This document shows positions 43,921 through 56,898 of a stretch of 64,000 bases of DNA, piece after piece. Every line of letters starts with the position of its first letter. Within the stretch, counting starts at the first letter, position 1. This stretch comes from Octopus sinensis. Its lineage: Eukaryota. The notes beneath the pieces were generated by a model. The model did no database searches and was not told where the DNA came from. It was given only the letters and a program-made list of their open reading frames with translations. Where the stretch lies: positions 39,184,001 to 39,248,000 of the forward strand of contig NC_043013.1 in assembly GCF_006345805.1 (NCBI RefSeq), given 5' to 3'. Both the position numbers and the translations under genes were made by a program.

Positions 43921-44382
43921 CTGGAATTAGAGAAAGAAATAAGTTACGGTACGATTCTCATGCGTTTATATATTGAAATAGTTTTGTTTTACGTGTAAAA
44001 GCTTTTTTTTTGGGGGGGGGTGAAAAGGGTTGTTTTCCTGACATTAATGTTCTACCATCAATGTTTACAACTAAGTGGACGCTGTTAAAGTTAATGTCGG
44101 GCCAAGTTGTCGTAATAAACCGGGTCACAGTTTAAGTCTTCGCTGTAGAAACAAAATGGATCCCAGTACATGGGATTGCAGTTATATAGGATCTACCAGA
44201 CCATAAGGTTACAAACAGGCTCTACTATATTACTAATAATACCGTCCTTCTGTTTCGAATGATAATGACTCCAAAATGGCCTCTATACAAACAACCACCG
44301 ACTGTCTTATCAACAAACCAGTTGTTTGTTGTTGTTGTTGTTGTTGTTGATGATGATGATGATGATGATTATGATGATGATG

Positions 44383-44414
<32 letters not shown>

Positions 44415-44416
<2 letters not shown>

Positions 44417-45299
44417 AGGTTTGTGTAAGATGAAAGACTGCAATGATAAAGACCAATACAAGAAACTGAAAGCGATTGAAACTGAAAATAGGTGGGTAAA
44501 GAAAAGAATGCATGGTCAATTTCATAGGGATGTTGAAGGTAAGACAGACAGAAAAAAAGATGGCTGTGGATGACTAAAAGTGATTTAAAACCGGAATCGG
44601 AGGCTCTAATCTGTGCTGCCCAAGAGCAAGCGCTAAGAACAAACTACATAAAATACAGAATGGACAACACAGCAGAAAGTGATAAGTGCAGAATCTGTGA
44701 TAAAACGGTGAAACTGTATGGCATATTACCAGTCAATATACGCCACTAGCCCAGAAGTAATATAAGAGACGCCACGACAATATAACCAGGCTTGTCCATT
44801 GGACACATTGCCACAAGTATGGACTTGACAGAGCAAAAAATTAGTACGACCACAAACCTGAAGGCATCGTCAAAAACAGAAATGCAAAGATCCTATGGGA
44901 TTTTATGATTCAGTGCGACCATAAGATAAAGAATAGGAAGCCAGACATAATCTTAATTTAGAAAGTAAACAACCTATGTTGGATCATAGATATAGTATGC
45001 CCAGCTGACAACAAGGTATGCGATAAGGAAGAAAGAAAAGTGGAGAGATGTGACAGGTTAGCTTGGGAAGTTAAGCAGTTGTGGTCAATGAAAAAGGTAG
45101 TAGTAGTAGTACCAATAATTGCCGGAGCCCTGGGAACAGTCAGCAAAAATCTCGAGAGGTACGTGGAACAAATAGGGCTGCAAGAAGGGTGGAGCACTCC
45201 GGAAGGTGCTCGAAAAATAAGAGGTGTTACCTTAGTTCACTGGTAGTGGACAGTTGACACTCCAGCGTTAGAAGCTGTGCAAAGGCAATGATGATGATG

Positions 45300-45346
<47 letters not shown>

Positions 45347-46850
45347 TAATAATAATAATAATAAAATGATATGAAAGAAAAAATAAAGATAAAGCATATG
45401 TTGCGATTGAGGGAAAATTGGATTCAAAGCTGAGTGCCAGAAACATCATTAAATATCATTTCGGGAATAACCTCGCGCGTAGTCGCAGGGGTTCGTTATA
45501 GGGCTGGAATTCTGAAGTGGGCCGAGAATGAACTAACGGAGTTGGACGTGAAGATAAGAAAAATTCTGACAATGCACGGAGCCCATCATCCAAGTGCAGA
45601 TACTGATCGTCTATACATGAAGAGAGCAAGCGAGAATAGGGGACTGATAACTGTGGATGACTGCGTACATATCGAACTTGGGAGCTTACTGAGATACTTA
45701 TCCCAAAGACGAAGGTGTATTGAAAGCAAAGAAAAGGGGAAAAACTTAACAGAAAGTACAAAAAGGACATGAAGGAGCTCTACGCAACGAGGTGACACAA
45801 TCAATTACATGTAACTACAACTGAAATTGCTGGAAAACAGGTGGGTCCGGATGAAGAAAGGAGCACTGAAACAAAGAACTGAGAGTAACATGCCGGCAGC
45901 ACAAAACCAGCTTCTGACCACAAATTGAAGGGTCAACCTTAGGAATGAGCAAGTGTCCTGCATCTATAATAGAGTGGAGAAAGCTTTATTGTTCATATCG
46001 TGAGCGGATGGCCTAGACTAGCCCAAAACCATTATAAGCTGTGGCGACACGATAATGTACCAGAAAAAGTAACATTAGCAACTATGTGAAAAGTGGGAGC
46101 TAGAGAGAAGCAAAGAATATTATGAGTACAAACCACAGAGAGTGGCAGAGTCCTGTGGGACTTTCCAATCCTGACAGACCAGGTGCTGTGGTGGTGGACA
46201 AGGTGAACTACATGTACTATATAAATGATATTACGTGCCTTTTTAATCCTGGAATGGTCAAAAAGAAAGGCGAAAAAATAGACATATACAAGCCTTTGAG
46301 ATAGGGAAAGATAGTGCTAATTATTGTGGTGTCCTTGGGGACTATATCAGGAGGTATCAAGAGGAATATAAAGGAAATCGGAATAGAGTACCCGATAGAG
46401 CTGTTACAAAAGGTTTGTCTCCTTGGTACGGTTAGAATCATCAGGAATGTATTTGATAGCTGAACAGAACAAATAGCCTGGTACTGTAGGCTGCAGGTAA
46501 CAAACCTGCTATGCATGTAAGTTTCCAAGTGTTCCAATAAAACCTGATTGTTACCTAGTTCAGATACCAGGAAACCCCAAAATGGTAGAAATTCAAAAGG
46601 ATAGTACTTATGTGAACTGTCCATATCCTACGAAAAATACATGTCTATGTAATCTCAAATTTTGAAAACAAACTCATAACTTTCATATATTTTCTTAAAC
46701 ATTCTCTAGAACAATGCTATGTACAAAACCATATATATGACACCCTAGGCATAACACCAACATGAACTTCTAACTTGTTGTCTCTTGAGGTCTCTGGGTG
46801 AGTCAACTTGTACAAATACATGCAAAAGTCAAACATATAATAATATTATT

Positions 46851-46892
<42 letters not shown>

Positions 46893-47029
46893 TATAATAA
46901 TAATAATAATAATAATAAGAAGAAGAAGAAGAAGAAGAAGAAGAAAGAAGAAGAGAAGAAGAAGATGAAGAAGAAGAAGAAGAAGAAGAAGAAGAAGAAG
47001 AAGAAGAAGAAGAAGAAGAGAAGAAGAAG

Positions 47030-47060
<31 letters not shown>

Positions 47061-47900
47061 TAACAAAATGGACTTCTGTGAGCTCATGAATTCCGATCAA
47101 GAACAGCCCACGACAGAGAAGAAACCCAACTCCGTATTGAATTACATGGTCAGTTCCACCGTGAAACTAACAAATTAAAAGACCACGGAGCATCATGAAG
47201 GTGGCTGAACAAGGATGAGCTAAAAAAGAGTACTGAAAGCCCAATTAATTATCACTACCCTGGACCAAGCATTGAAAACCAGCTCAGTGAAAAAGTATAC
47301 CACACAAGTGCAATGGACCTCTGTAGAATGTGTGGGAAGAGAGTCGAAAGCGTGACTCACATTTATAGTGCTTGTGAAAGTCTTGCGGAGAAAGAGTACA
47401 AGCGTAGACTCGACAAGATAGCCCCAAACATCCACTGGCTACTATGTCGTAAGTATGGATATGAAGTTATGGGTGCTTGGTACCAACATACATCAGAAAA
47501 GGTGATGGACACAAAGGGGAAAGCAAAAATCCTCAGGGACTTTGAATTTCAGACAGACAAGGTTTTAGTGCACCGAAGGCCGGATATAGTAACCTTTTGA
47601 AGGACAAACAAAAAACAGAAGTAGTGGGGGAACATCATAGCCATGTGTTGAGAGGGATTCTTTGAGGTTTGAATAATTCACCTCTGGAAACATGGGTGTT
47701 TCGTTCAACATCCTTAAACAACCCTTATTCAGGGACCTTTTGAGCGAGACAGGGTACCCAAACTGAAGAAAATTTTAACTGGGACCCACCTGCAAGGCCA
47801 TGCGCTGTTTATTGTGATATGAGATTACCATGTCGCGCACATATGGTTGTGACACATGTGCCTGGTGTACCTTTATCAGGCGGGTACTCACGATGGGTAT
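44415..47900 (+). mobile_element. Stack of at least 5 R4/Dong-like LINE 3' fragments separated by (TAA)n/(GAA)n
   Basis: Repeated MHGQF, RHD, WDF, PDI and VGALG motif blocks at ~44417-45290, 45390-46550, 46550-46840 and 47060-47610, and the ~550-bp repeat in plus orientation at 47617-47900. Confidence 0.8.
46840..47060. repeat. Compound (TAA)n(GAA)n microsatellite, one of dozens of (TAA)n, (TA)n, (CA)n, (TACA)n, (TCTA)n and (GA)n tracts in the window
   Basis: Directly visible. These tracts account for most low-complexity ORFs in the track. Confidence 0.97.
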
Positions 47901-49097
47901 TCTACTGGTATTCATTTTATCGAACTCGAAAGGATGAAAAGCATAGTGGACCTCTGTGGAATTTGAACTGAAAATGCGAAGACGGACGAAATCCCGCTAA
48001 GCATTTTGCCTGGCGTGCTAACGATTCAACCAGATGATGATGATGACAAGGGCGATGATGATGACGTTGGTGATGATAATGATGATGATACCAACTCTCA
48101 GAGGAATCGATAGTGGAAGATTGTATAAAGTAGCGAAAAAGATGGATGAACTGTTAATGAAAACCTACATTTAAAACAGAAGTGATCTGAACAACTTTAT
48201 ATATTGCGCGGCGTCTGTCGCTGTGCAAGCTCTTGAAAAGAAAACAATAAATAAGGGTCAAATCCCTATAGAAGGAACGACAACCTGAGAACCAAGTTGA
48301 ACAGCTTAAAGTGAGACCTTGGACGCTTACGATCATAGAAATTACAACCTTATAAAAAACAACAATAATAGTAATAATAACTACAGCAACAGCATCAACA
48401 GCAACAACAACAACAACAACAACAACAGAATAGTTTCTATTTGGTTGCTCGATCTACTGATATTAGACAATCTTGCACTGACTTCTCACTGCTCTCTTAA
48501 AACTATAAAAGAAGCACGACTGATAATGAAATTCTGATACACAGAAGGATACGTGATCGTCATGGCTGGAACAATTTTGATCATTGCTGTGGTGGATCTG
48601 ACCTAACTACCTTAATCACCACACACAGCAACCACTGCTGAAGGACTCTTGGTCTCCAAAACAAAATCAGGCTAATTCACATGTTACAAATTGACCAGTG
48701 TAGTCCTTCATATAGCAAAAGAGAGGATGGGCCGAACTAGAACGCTTTTCGTCATTGGTATTCTCAATTAACATTGACGTAGAGCTGAATATCAGCAAAC
48801 ACTATAGTCATAACAGCATACAAAACTCATCACTAGTGGTCGCCAACTATAACAACCATATCTTCTTCACTTCACCACTAATCCATCTTAAATACAAACT
48901 GAAAATACCCTATAACCTAGTCGAAGTGAAAAAGGCTTTCTGAAACTTGACCTGTAACTACATAGCAGCAACTATAATACAAACGGCAACAGAACCTCTG
49001 TGTGGTTGCATGAACTGCTGGAAACAATAACCAAATCTCACACAATTCTACGTAATTTTCCCATCATAAAGAGAAAATAATAATAATAATAATAATA

Positions 49098-49131
<34 letters not shown>

Positions 49132-49137
<6 letters not shown>

Positions 49138-51703
49138 GTTCAACTCGAACCCCCAAAAGGTCTACCAAGAAATTGGCAAAAATAAAATAGAAATCACTGC
49201 AGCACCAACGGCAGAAGAAGTGGAAGAATTCTGGAGAGAAATATGGTCGGCGAACGAACAACCAAAAAAAAAAGGAGTATCAAAATAATAAACTCAGCAT
49301 CTGAGCAACTTTGGAACCCCATAACAACTGAAGAGGTCACCCAGGCACTGCAAAGACTAAGCAACTGGAAGGCACCTGGGCATGCCAAGATCCCCAACTT
49401 CTGGTTGAAATATCTAACAGAATGGACAAAAAAGCTGGCTGAAAACTTTTAACAACATACTAGCAGAGCCAGAGACAATGCTGAATGGCTCACGAAGGGG
49501 AAAACCATCTTAATTCCCAAATCAAATGAGACAGCAAAACCAGAAAAACTACAGACCAATAACCTGTCTCCCTACAATGTACAAGGCATTTACTGCAGTG
49601 TTATCGCAAAGGTTGAACAAGCACTTGGACGAAACAAACTGTTTCCAGAAGAGCAGAGAAAGGATGCCGCAAAGGCTCATATGGCTGTAAAGATCAACTA
49701 ATGATTAATAAAGCCATAACTGAAGACAGCCGCAGAAAGAAGGAAAGGCCTCAGTATGGCCTGGATCGACTACAAAAAGGCGTTTGATAGCCCCCCCCCC
49801 CCAGACATGGATCCTCGAAACGCTAGCCATTAACAAAGTAGCACCAACAATTATAAAATTCATAGGGCACTCTATGAATAAATGGAAAACAGTGCTACAG
49901 CTCCAAACAAAAGAGGGACTCATGAAAACCAAAGCCATCCCCATTAGAAGAGGAATATTCCAGGGAGACACGCTCTCTCCACTCCTTTTCTGCTTGGCAC
50001 TGTCACCTCTATCTTATATGCTAAATAGAACTAGATGCGGATATAAATGTTACGGCAAAACGACGAGCCACCTTTTATATATAGATGACCTAAAACTATA
50101 CGCTGCAAATGACAAACAGCTGGAAACACTATTAAAGAGAGTTCATGGATTTACCAAAGAAATAGATATGAAATTTGGATTAGAAAAATGCGCCAAAGTA
50201 ACCCTGAAAGAGGAAAACTAGTTAAGAGTGCAACATCACATAGATAAAACCATGAAATAAAAGAATTAGACCAAAGCCAAACTTACAAATACTTAGGAAT
50301 CCATGAACTAGATAAGACACACCACACAAATAAATGAAAGAGAAAATAAAAAAGAATATTATAGACGAGTTAGATCAATACTAAAAACAGAGCTCAATGC
50401 TAAAAACAAGATAATAGGTATTAACACTTTAGCTGTCCCAGTTATAAGTACAGCTACAATATCCTTAACTGGACACTAAATGAACTGACCAAAATAGATA
50501 GGAAAACAAGAAAAATAATGACAGGATCTAGGATGCATCACCCAAAATGACCTAGAAAGACTATATATACAACGTGTAGAGGTGGAGAGGCCTTCTACAG
50601 CTGGAAAACTACTATAAAATAACCACATAGGACTGCAAAAATACCTACTTCAGAAGGAAGAAAAACTGATACAAACAGCGGCAAACACGGCAAAACAAAA
50701 TACTGTTCTCAGTATTTAAGGAAGCTGACAAATGCAAACAAGAAATCATACACCTAATAAATATGAAGAAGAAGAAGATGAAGAAACAACAAAAGCTATA
50801 AAACAAATGAAATCCAAACTAAAAATAGAACAGCAAAGAACCATGATAAAAACGATGGCAAGAAGAGCCTTCATGGTAAATACTGGACTAAACTAAATGC
50901 AAAAGAAATAGACAAAGAAAAACCAAGCAATGGTTGAGAAGCTCAGGACTTGAAGCAGAGACAGAGGATTTTTAATTGCAGCACAAGACCAAAGCCTCCC
51001 CACCAGGAAATTACCAAAAACATGTAATGAAAAGAAATATAACAAGTAACTGCAGAATATGAGGAGATGGACAAGAAACAATAAATCATATTATCTCTGG
51101 TCCCAGTCCTGGCTAAGAAGGAATATATTCACAGACATGACAGAGTTGGAACCTACATACACTGGAAGCTATGCCAACATTATGGAATAACAACAGAAAA
51201 AAGATGGTAAGGCACACACCAGAAAAGGTCACAGAAAACGAGAAAGCAACATATCTGGGATATGCCGATACACACAGATAGAGAAATTAAGGCCAACAGA
51301 CCAGATATAGTTGTCAGAGATCATGAAGAAAAAATGCTTTCTAATTGATGTATCAATACCGGCAGATGACAACGTGTCTGAAAGAAAAGGGAGAAAACTT
51401 TCAAAATACAAACACCTGGAAATAGAGGTAATCAGAATGTGGAATCTAAATAGAAACAATTCCTATCATAGTAGGTGCATTAGGCATGATAAAAAAAATT
51501 CAGACAAATACATAACAAAAACACAGGACTTACAAACACATATACATACAGAAAATTGCACTACTAGGCACTGCACACATCCTACGCTGAACACTTTCCA
51601 TACAATAACCATCAGAGCATCATACAAATCACAGCCATACCCAAGGCACACAGAGCTGCGCTCGGTAGTGAAGTGAAAGTACGCTATAAAAATAAAACTA
51701 CTG
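49132..51703 (+). mobile_element. 5'-truncated R4/Dong-like LINE (RT and endonuclease) with many 1-bp frameshifts
   Basis: NYRPITCL, WIDYKKAFDS, RGIFQGDTLSP, LYIDDLKLY, RHD and RPDIVV motifs. (TAA)n on both flanks. Confidence 0.9.
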
Positions 51704-51728
51704 AATAATAATAATAATAATAATAATC

Positions 51729-51768
<40 letters not shown>

Positions 51769-51949
51769 TAACAGTAAATAGATATAAAATGTAAAAAACC
51801 TGGATCTGCTTGGCCTGGGGATAATCCAAGTAAAAAGTAGTAAAAACAAAAATAAAGACAACACAACAGCGAAAATAAGGGTAACATTTGAAACAATAAA
51901 AGCAACAATGCCACAACCACATTGGATAAGAGCATAAAAGTGGACTCAC

Positions 51950-51977
51950 CAAAATGAAACACAAGATGGTCCGTCAT
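51950..51977 (-). CDS. Multi-PAN gene, coding exon 1 (start of signal peptide, MTDHLVFHF)
   Basis: ATG ACG GAC CAT CTT GTG TTT CAT TTT G followed by a strong donor GTGAGT. Phase 1, joins in frame to the 33-bp exon at 43888-43920. TATA-like and Inr-like motifs lie just upstream. Confidence 0.7.
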
Positions 51978-51994
51978 TATTATCAGGGTTGGTC

Positions 51995-52050
51995 ACAACT
52001 AAATACTAATAATGCAGACGGGCAATCGAAAATAGAGATTATATGACGCG
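51995..52050 (-). promoter_or_regulatory. Candidate core promoter of the multi-PAN gene
   Basis: On the minus strand, CGTCATATAAT (TATA-like, overlapping a TGACG half-site) lies about 30 bp before TTAGT Inr-like motifs and about 30 bp more before the ATG. Confidence 0.4.
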
Positions 52051-52174
52051 TTGTACGTATACATATATATATATATATAAAGTTAATCCAAACAAGAAAA
52101 CACAAAAAAACACAACGCGGGGACGTGGAACAAATATAGTATTATTGGACGCCCAGGAAGGAAGGGAAGAAGGT

Positions 52175-52216
<42 letters not shown>

Positions 52217-52577
52217 ATCTATCTATCTATATATATGTATTATATAAGGGTAGAGAATATGTAGTGTAACTAAGGAACTGATATGTAAATAAAAATGCAG
52301 TTGAAACATGCATAAAATCATGTACACACACTACACACACATATGTATGTATATATATAATATATATATATTATATATATATATAATATATGTATGTAAT
52401 ATATATATATATATATGTATGTATATATATATATACATACGTATGTGTGTACATGATTTTATGCATGTTTCACTGCATTTATTTTACATATCAGTTCCTT
52501 AGTTACACTACATATTCTCTACCCTTATATAAATACATATATATAGATAGATAGATACATACACACACATATGTGTC

Positions 52578-52677
52578 NNNNNNNNNNNNNNNNNNNNNNN
52601 NNNNNNNNNNNNNNNNNNNNNNNNNNNNNNNNNNNNNNNNNNNNNNNNNNNNNNNNNNNNNNNNNNNNNNNNNNNNN
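52578..52677. other. Assembly gap (100 N)
   Basis: Run of N. Confidence 1.
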
Positions 52678-53713
52678 GTAACGAAAAACAACAGGAATGT
52701 TTGGTGTGTATCAAGAAGTACTCTCTCGAAAGTAATGACAGCCTTTGAGAAAGGGGGAAAAACCTCGTCGTCGAAAGAAAACTCCGGAAGAAAACGAAAG
52801 CTTTCAGATAGGGACCGTCGGACTCTTTCGCGAATTGTTCGAGAGGATCACAAAAGTATAGCTCCCAAAATTACTGCAGAGCTTAATGACCACCTCGAGA
52901 ACCCAGTTTCCACAAAAACTGTTCGCCGGGAGCTGCACAAAGCCGGATTTTACGGGAGGGCTGCAATCAGAAAACCACTACTTTCAAAAGCAATCGTTGC
53001 AAAGCGTTTAGAGTGGAGTAAAACCTACAGAATTGATCCCTAGAGCAGTGGAAAATGTTACTTTCTCGGACGAGTGATTCTTTACCTTATTTCCGACCAC
53101 CAGCCGAGTATACGTGTGAAGACAGCCAAAAGCATTTGACCTAGACTGCCTTCTTCCGACTGTTAAATATGGAGGAGGATCTGTGATGATCGAGGTGGGG
53201 GCTACACCTTGGAAATCAGCGGGCCCAATTGTTTCTCTTCATGGCAGAATTAACAGTCAAGACTATTTAAGCATTTTATCTGATCAAATTCATCTTATGG
53301 TCGCGGAACTGTTTCCGGAGGGATGATAAATGCACCAAGATGATAATGCACCAGGATGATAATGCACAAATTCACACAGCTAAATTTATTACTGAATGGT
53401 ACAAGGAACATTCTAGTGAAGTTCAACATCTTATCTAGTCATCACAGTCCCCCAGATCTTAATATTATTGAACATTTATGGTGCATTTTAGAAAAACAAA
53501 TGAGTCGTTATCCTCCACCATCATCACCACAAAAGCTGGAGACAGGTTTACCTGAAGAATGGACAAAAAAATCCTTTGGAAACAATTCAAACTGTGTATG
53601 AGTCCATACCTTGTAGAATTCAAGCTGTAATTACTGCCAAAGGCAGTCCTATTCCATATTAAATAAATTTGTTTGAAATTTTAAGGTGTTTCCATTATTT
53701 TGTCCAACCCCAG
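52678..53713 (+). mobile_element. Tc1-like transposon, degenerate, left end lost in the gap
   Basis: SGRKRKLS..D.R, VS..TVRR.L...G......KPLL and SPPDLNIIEHLW motifs. Right TIR GGTGTTTCCATTATTTTGTCCAACCCCAG followed by TA. Confidence 0.9.
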
Positions 53714-53910
53714 TATATATACATACATAGATTCATATATATATATACATATATATATACATATATATATAGTTGAAATTTACAGAAAAACAAAAGACGA
53801 TGACAGGTGTATAATCAACAAGCAGGTGTATTAGTTTGACGCTCAGGAAAGTGGGAGAATATTTTACGTTTCAAGCCTACACTCTTCAATAGAATGGAAC
53901 ACGAGGAAAT

Positions 53911-53987
<77 letters not shown>

Positions 53988-53998
53988 GAGAGAGAGAG

Positions 53999-54030
<32 letters not shown>

Positions 54031-54350
54031 GAGAGAGAGAGAGAGAGAGAGAGAAAACTTGTGAACTTAACCATCAATCGTCGCTCATTAAAGTGCCCAT
54101 AAGCAATACTTATGCTGTTTCTGTCTCCAAGAAAGATTTTTCTAACGGACTTTGTTCCTTATTACAAAATCAGTAATTGTATGACACTGTATTGTGTACA
54201 TATTGCAAACTAGTTACTTAACACCGATGAGACCGTAACCACATGTTCTGATAGTCGTGAAGCTAGGGTGTCAAAAATTTTATCAGTTCTCTTTTTCTCA
54301 CACTTCTTTTCACATATATCCCACATGGGTTTTATTTACATGTATTTTTA

Positions 54351-54381
<31 letters not shown>

Positions 54382-54382
54382 G

Positions 54383-54680
54383 CTAGCAGTATCGCCTGGC
54401 GTTGCTCGGATTTGTAAGGGAAATAACTATATAAGCATTTTTAGAGAGTTACTTCCCTTATATAAACCGAGCAAAGATCATTAAAAATGCGGAAAAATGA
54501 TGGTAATTTTTTTTTAAATCGTAGACTCATCGTAGACGCGCGCTAATGCCCAGAAGGGCTCAATAGGAATCACGACTATAAGATACCTGCTTTTGGTTAA
54601 ACCGCACCGCAAAATGTGGGAGTAGTTAGGAATCTAATTCGGAGGCGACAGACACACAACCTCATTTTTATATATAAGGA
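54383..54680 (-). mobile_element. Non-autonomous Helitron (third subfamily)
   Basis: Same CCGAGCAACGCC(A/G)GGCGATACTGCTAG 3' end and TC-TATA 5' end. Confidence 0.7.
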
Positions 54681-54720
54681 TATATATTTATATTTTAAAA
54701 ACTATTTTTAACAATATTAA

Positions 54721-54906
54721 TAGGCGCAGGTGTGGTAAGTAGCTTGCTTACCAACTACAGGTGTCGTAAGTAGCTTGCTTACAAACTACATTGTTCCAGA
54801 TTCAATCCCACTGCATGACATCTTGGGCAACTGTCTTCTACTATAGCCTAGGTTGACTAAAGCCTTGTGAATAGATTTGGTAGACTGAAACTGAAAGAAG
54901 CCCGTC

Positions 54907-54949
<43 letters not shown>

Positions 54950-54990
54950 GTGTGTGTGTGTGTGTGTGTGTATGTGTGTGTGCGTGTGTG
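54721..54990 (+). mobile_element. Family B SINE, 5' half
   Basis: TAGGCGCAGG...TTGGGCAA...GAAACTGAAAGAAGCCCGTCG. Confidence 0.8.
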
Positions 54991-55341
54991 TGCGCGTGTG
55001 TGTGTGATTGAGTTCCTTGATTGAGGTGAAAGCAATCAACTTGGGCGAAGTAAAATTCCATAAATCATACCCTCTTCCAACTTAACCTAACCGAGCACGG
55101 ACGTGTATGGGCGATAAATCTAACAGCATGTATTTAAAATAACATAGATCCTTATTTTGGAGGTGATGTTAGGGCGCAATCCAGTTCTCTCTATACTGGA
55201 TGTGGCTACTACAGCCCAGTCTCCGTTGTGAACTTGGACCCTAGTAGCTCCTCAATTGGAGCACTGACACCGCATACCAATTACCAGTGATCTAAACTCT
55301 TCTATATATCCATACATATACACATACATGCATACATACAT

Positions 55342-55390
<49 letters not shown>

Positions 55391-55640
55391 ACACATATAT
55401 ATATATATATATATATATAGGAGAGTATTGTAGTTCGCTTGAAGCATTGTGTGTTGTTTGTAAAGAATAAAAAGTTTTGAATGGTACAACAATGCACTAT
55501 AATAATGACAATGGGCTATATACCTGTTGTAATTTAGTCATCCATAGTCCGATATGATATTTCGGAATAAAATTCCTTCTACAGATAATCTTAGATGGAG
55601 TCGCTGCTATAAATGGTTTTCCAACGGCTTTTCTTCTTTA

Positions 55641-55735
<95 letters not shown>

Positions 55736-55775
55736 ATATATATATATATACATACAACATGAAGAATATTCTCCT

Positions 55776-56160
55776 TAGGCGCAGGAATGGCTGTGTGGTA
55801 AGTAGCCTGCTTACCAACTACATGGTTCCGGGTTCAGTCACACTTCGTGGCACCTTGGTCAAGCGTCTTCTACTATAGCCTCAGATCGACTAAAACCTAG
55901 TGAGTGGATTTGGTAGACGGAAACTGAAAGAAGCTTGCCGTATATATAGATATATATGTATATGTTTGTGTGTCTGTTTGTCGACCGATGTTAGTGTGTT
56001 TAGGTCCCCGCAACTTAGCGATTCGGCAAGAGTGACCGATAGAATATGTACTAGGCTTACAAAGAATAAGTAGTCCTGGAGTAGATTTGTTCGACTGAAG
56101 GTGGTGCTCCAGCATGGCTGCAATCAAATGACTGAGACAAACAAAAGAATAAAAGAGAGA
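55776..56160 (+). mobile_element. Family B CORE-like SINE
   Basis: Full-length diverged copy. Confidence 0.85.
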
Positions 56161-56206
<46 letters not shown>

Positions 56207-56222
56207 ATATGTATATCTATCC

Positions 56223-56284
<62 letters not shown>

Positions 56285-56850
56285 AATTCCAAGAGAATTA
56301 GAGGTTGGGAACCCAACCCACTAAGGGATAATATCTATCCAAAATACTGCTGGTAGAATAGACAATTATTAATACACAAGTGTTTTTTATTGCATTGCAA
56401 TTACAATACCTAGTTTACTAAATGGGTGAAGGTAAAGATATTTTACCATTAATTTATAGAGCAATAAGAAAATGGAGGGGTTCAATAGGTTCATCAAATT
56501 TTAGACTTTATATTATGTCAACTTTTATTTATTTACTAAAATGACAATTACAAGAATATACATACATGTATAACATATTATGCTTTACATATAAAATATT
56601 TTAATATATAAAGATATCAGTAATTTTTAAAATATTACATACAGGAATATAAATTGGGAGGAGATAATTTATCCTGAGTCACCTCCCCTCGCTCCCCTGG
56701 CCCCCTCACTCAATAAACAAAAATGTAAAGCATAATATGTTATACATGTATATATATTCTTGTAATTGTCAGTTTAGTAAATAAATAAGTTGACATAATA
56801 TAATGTCTAAAAGCTGATGAACCACCTATTGATCCCCTCCATTTTTTATT

Positions 56851-56898
<48 letters not shown>

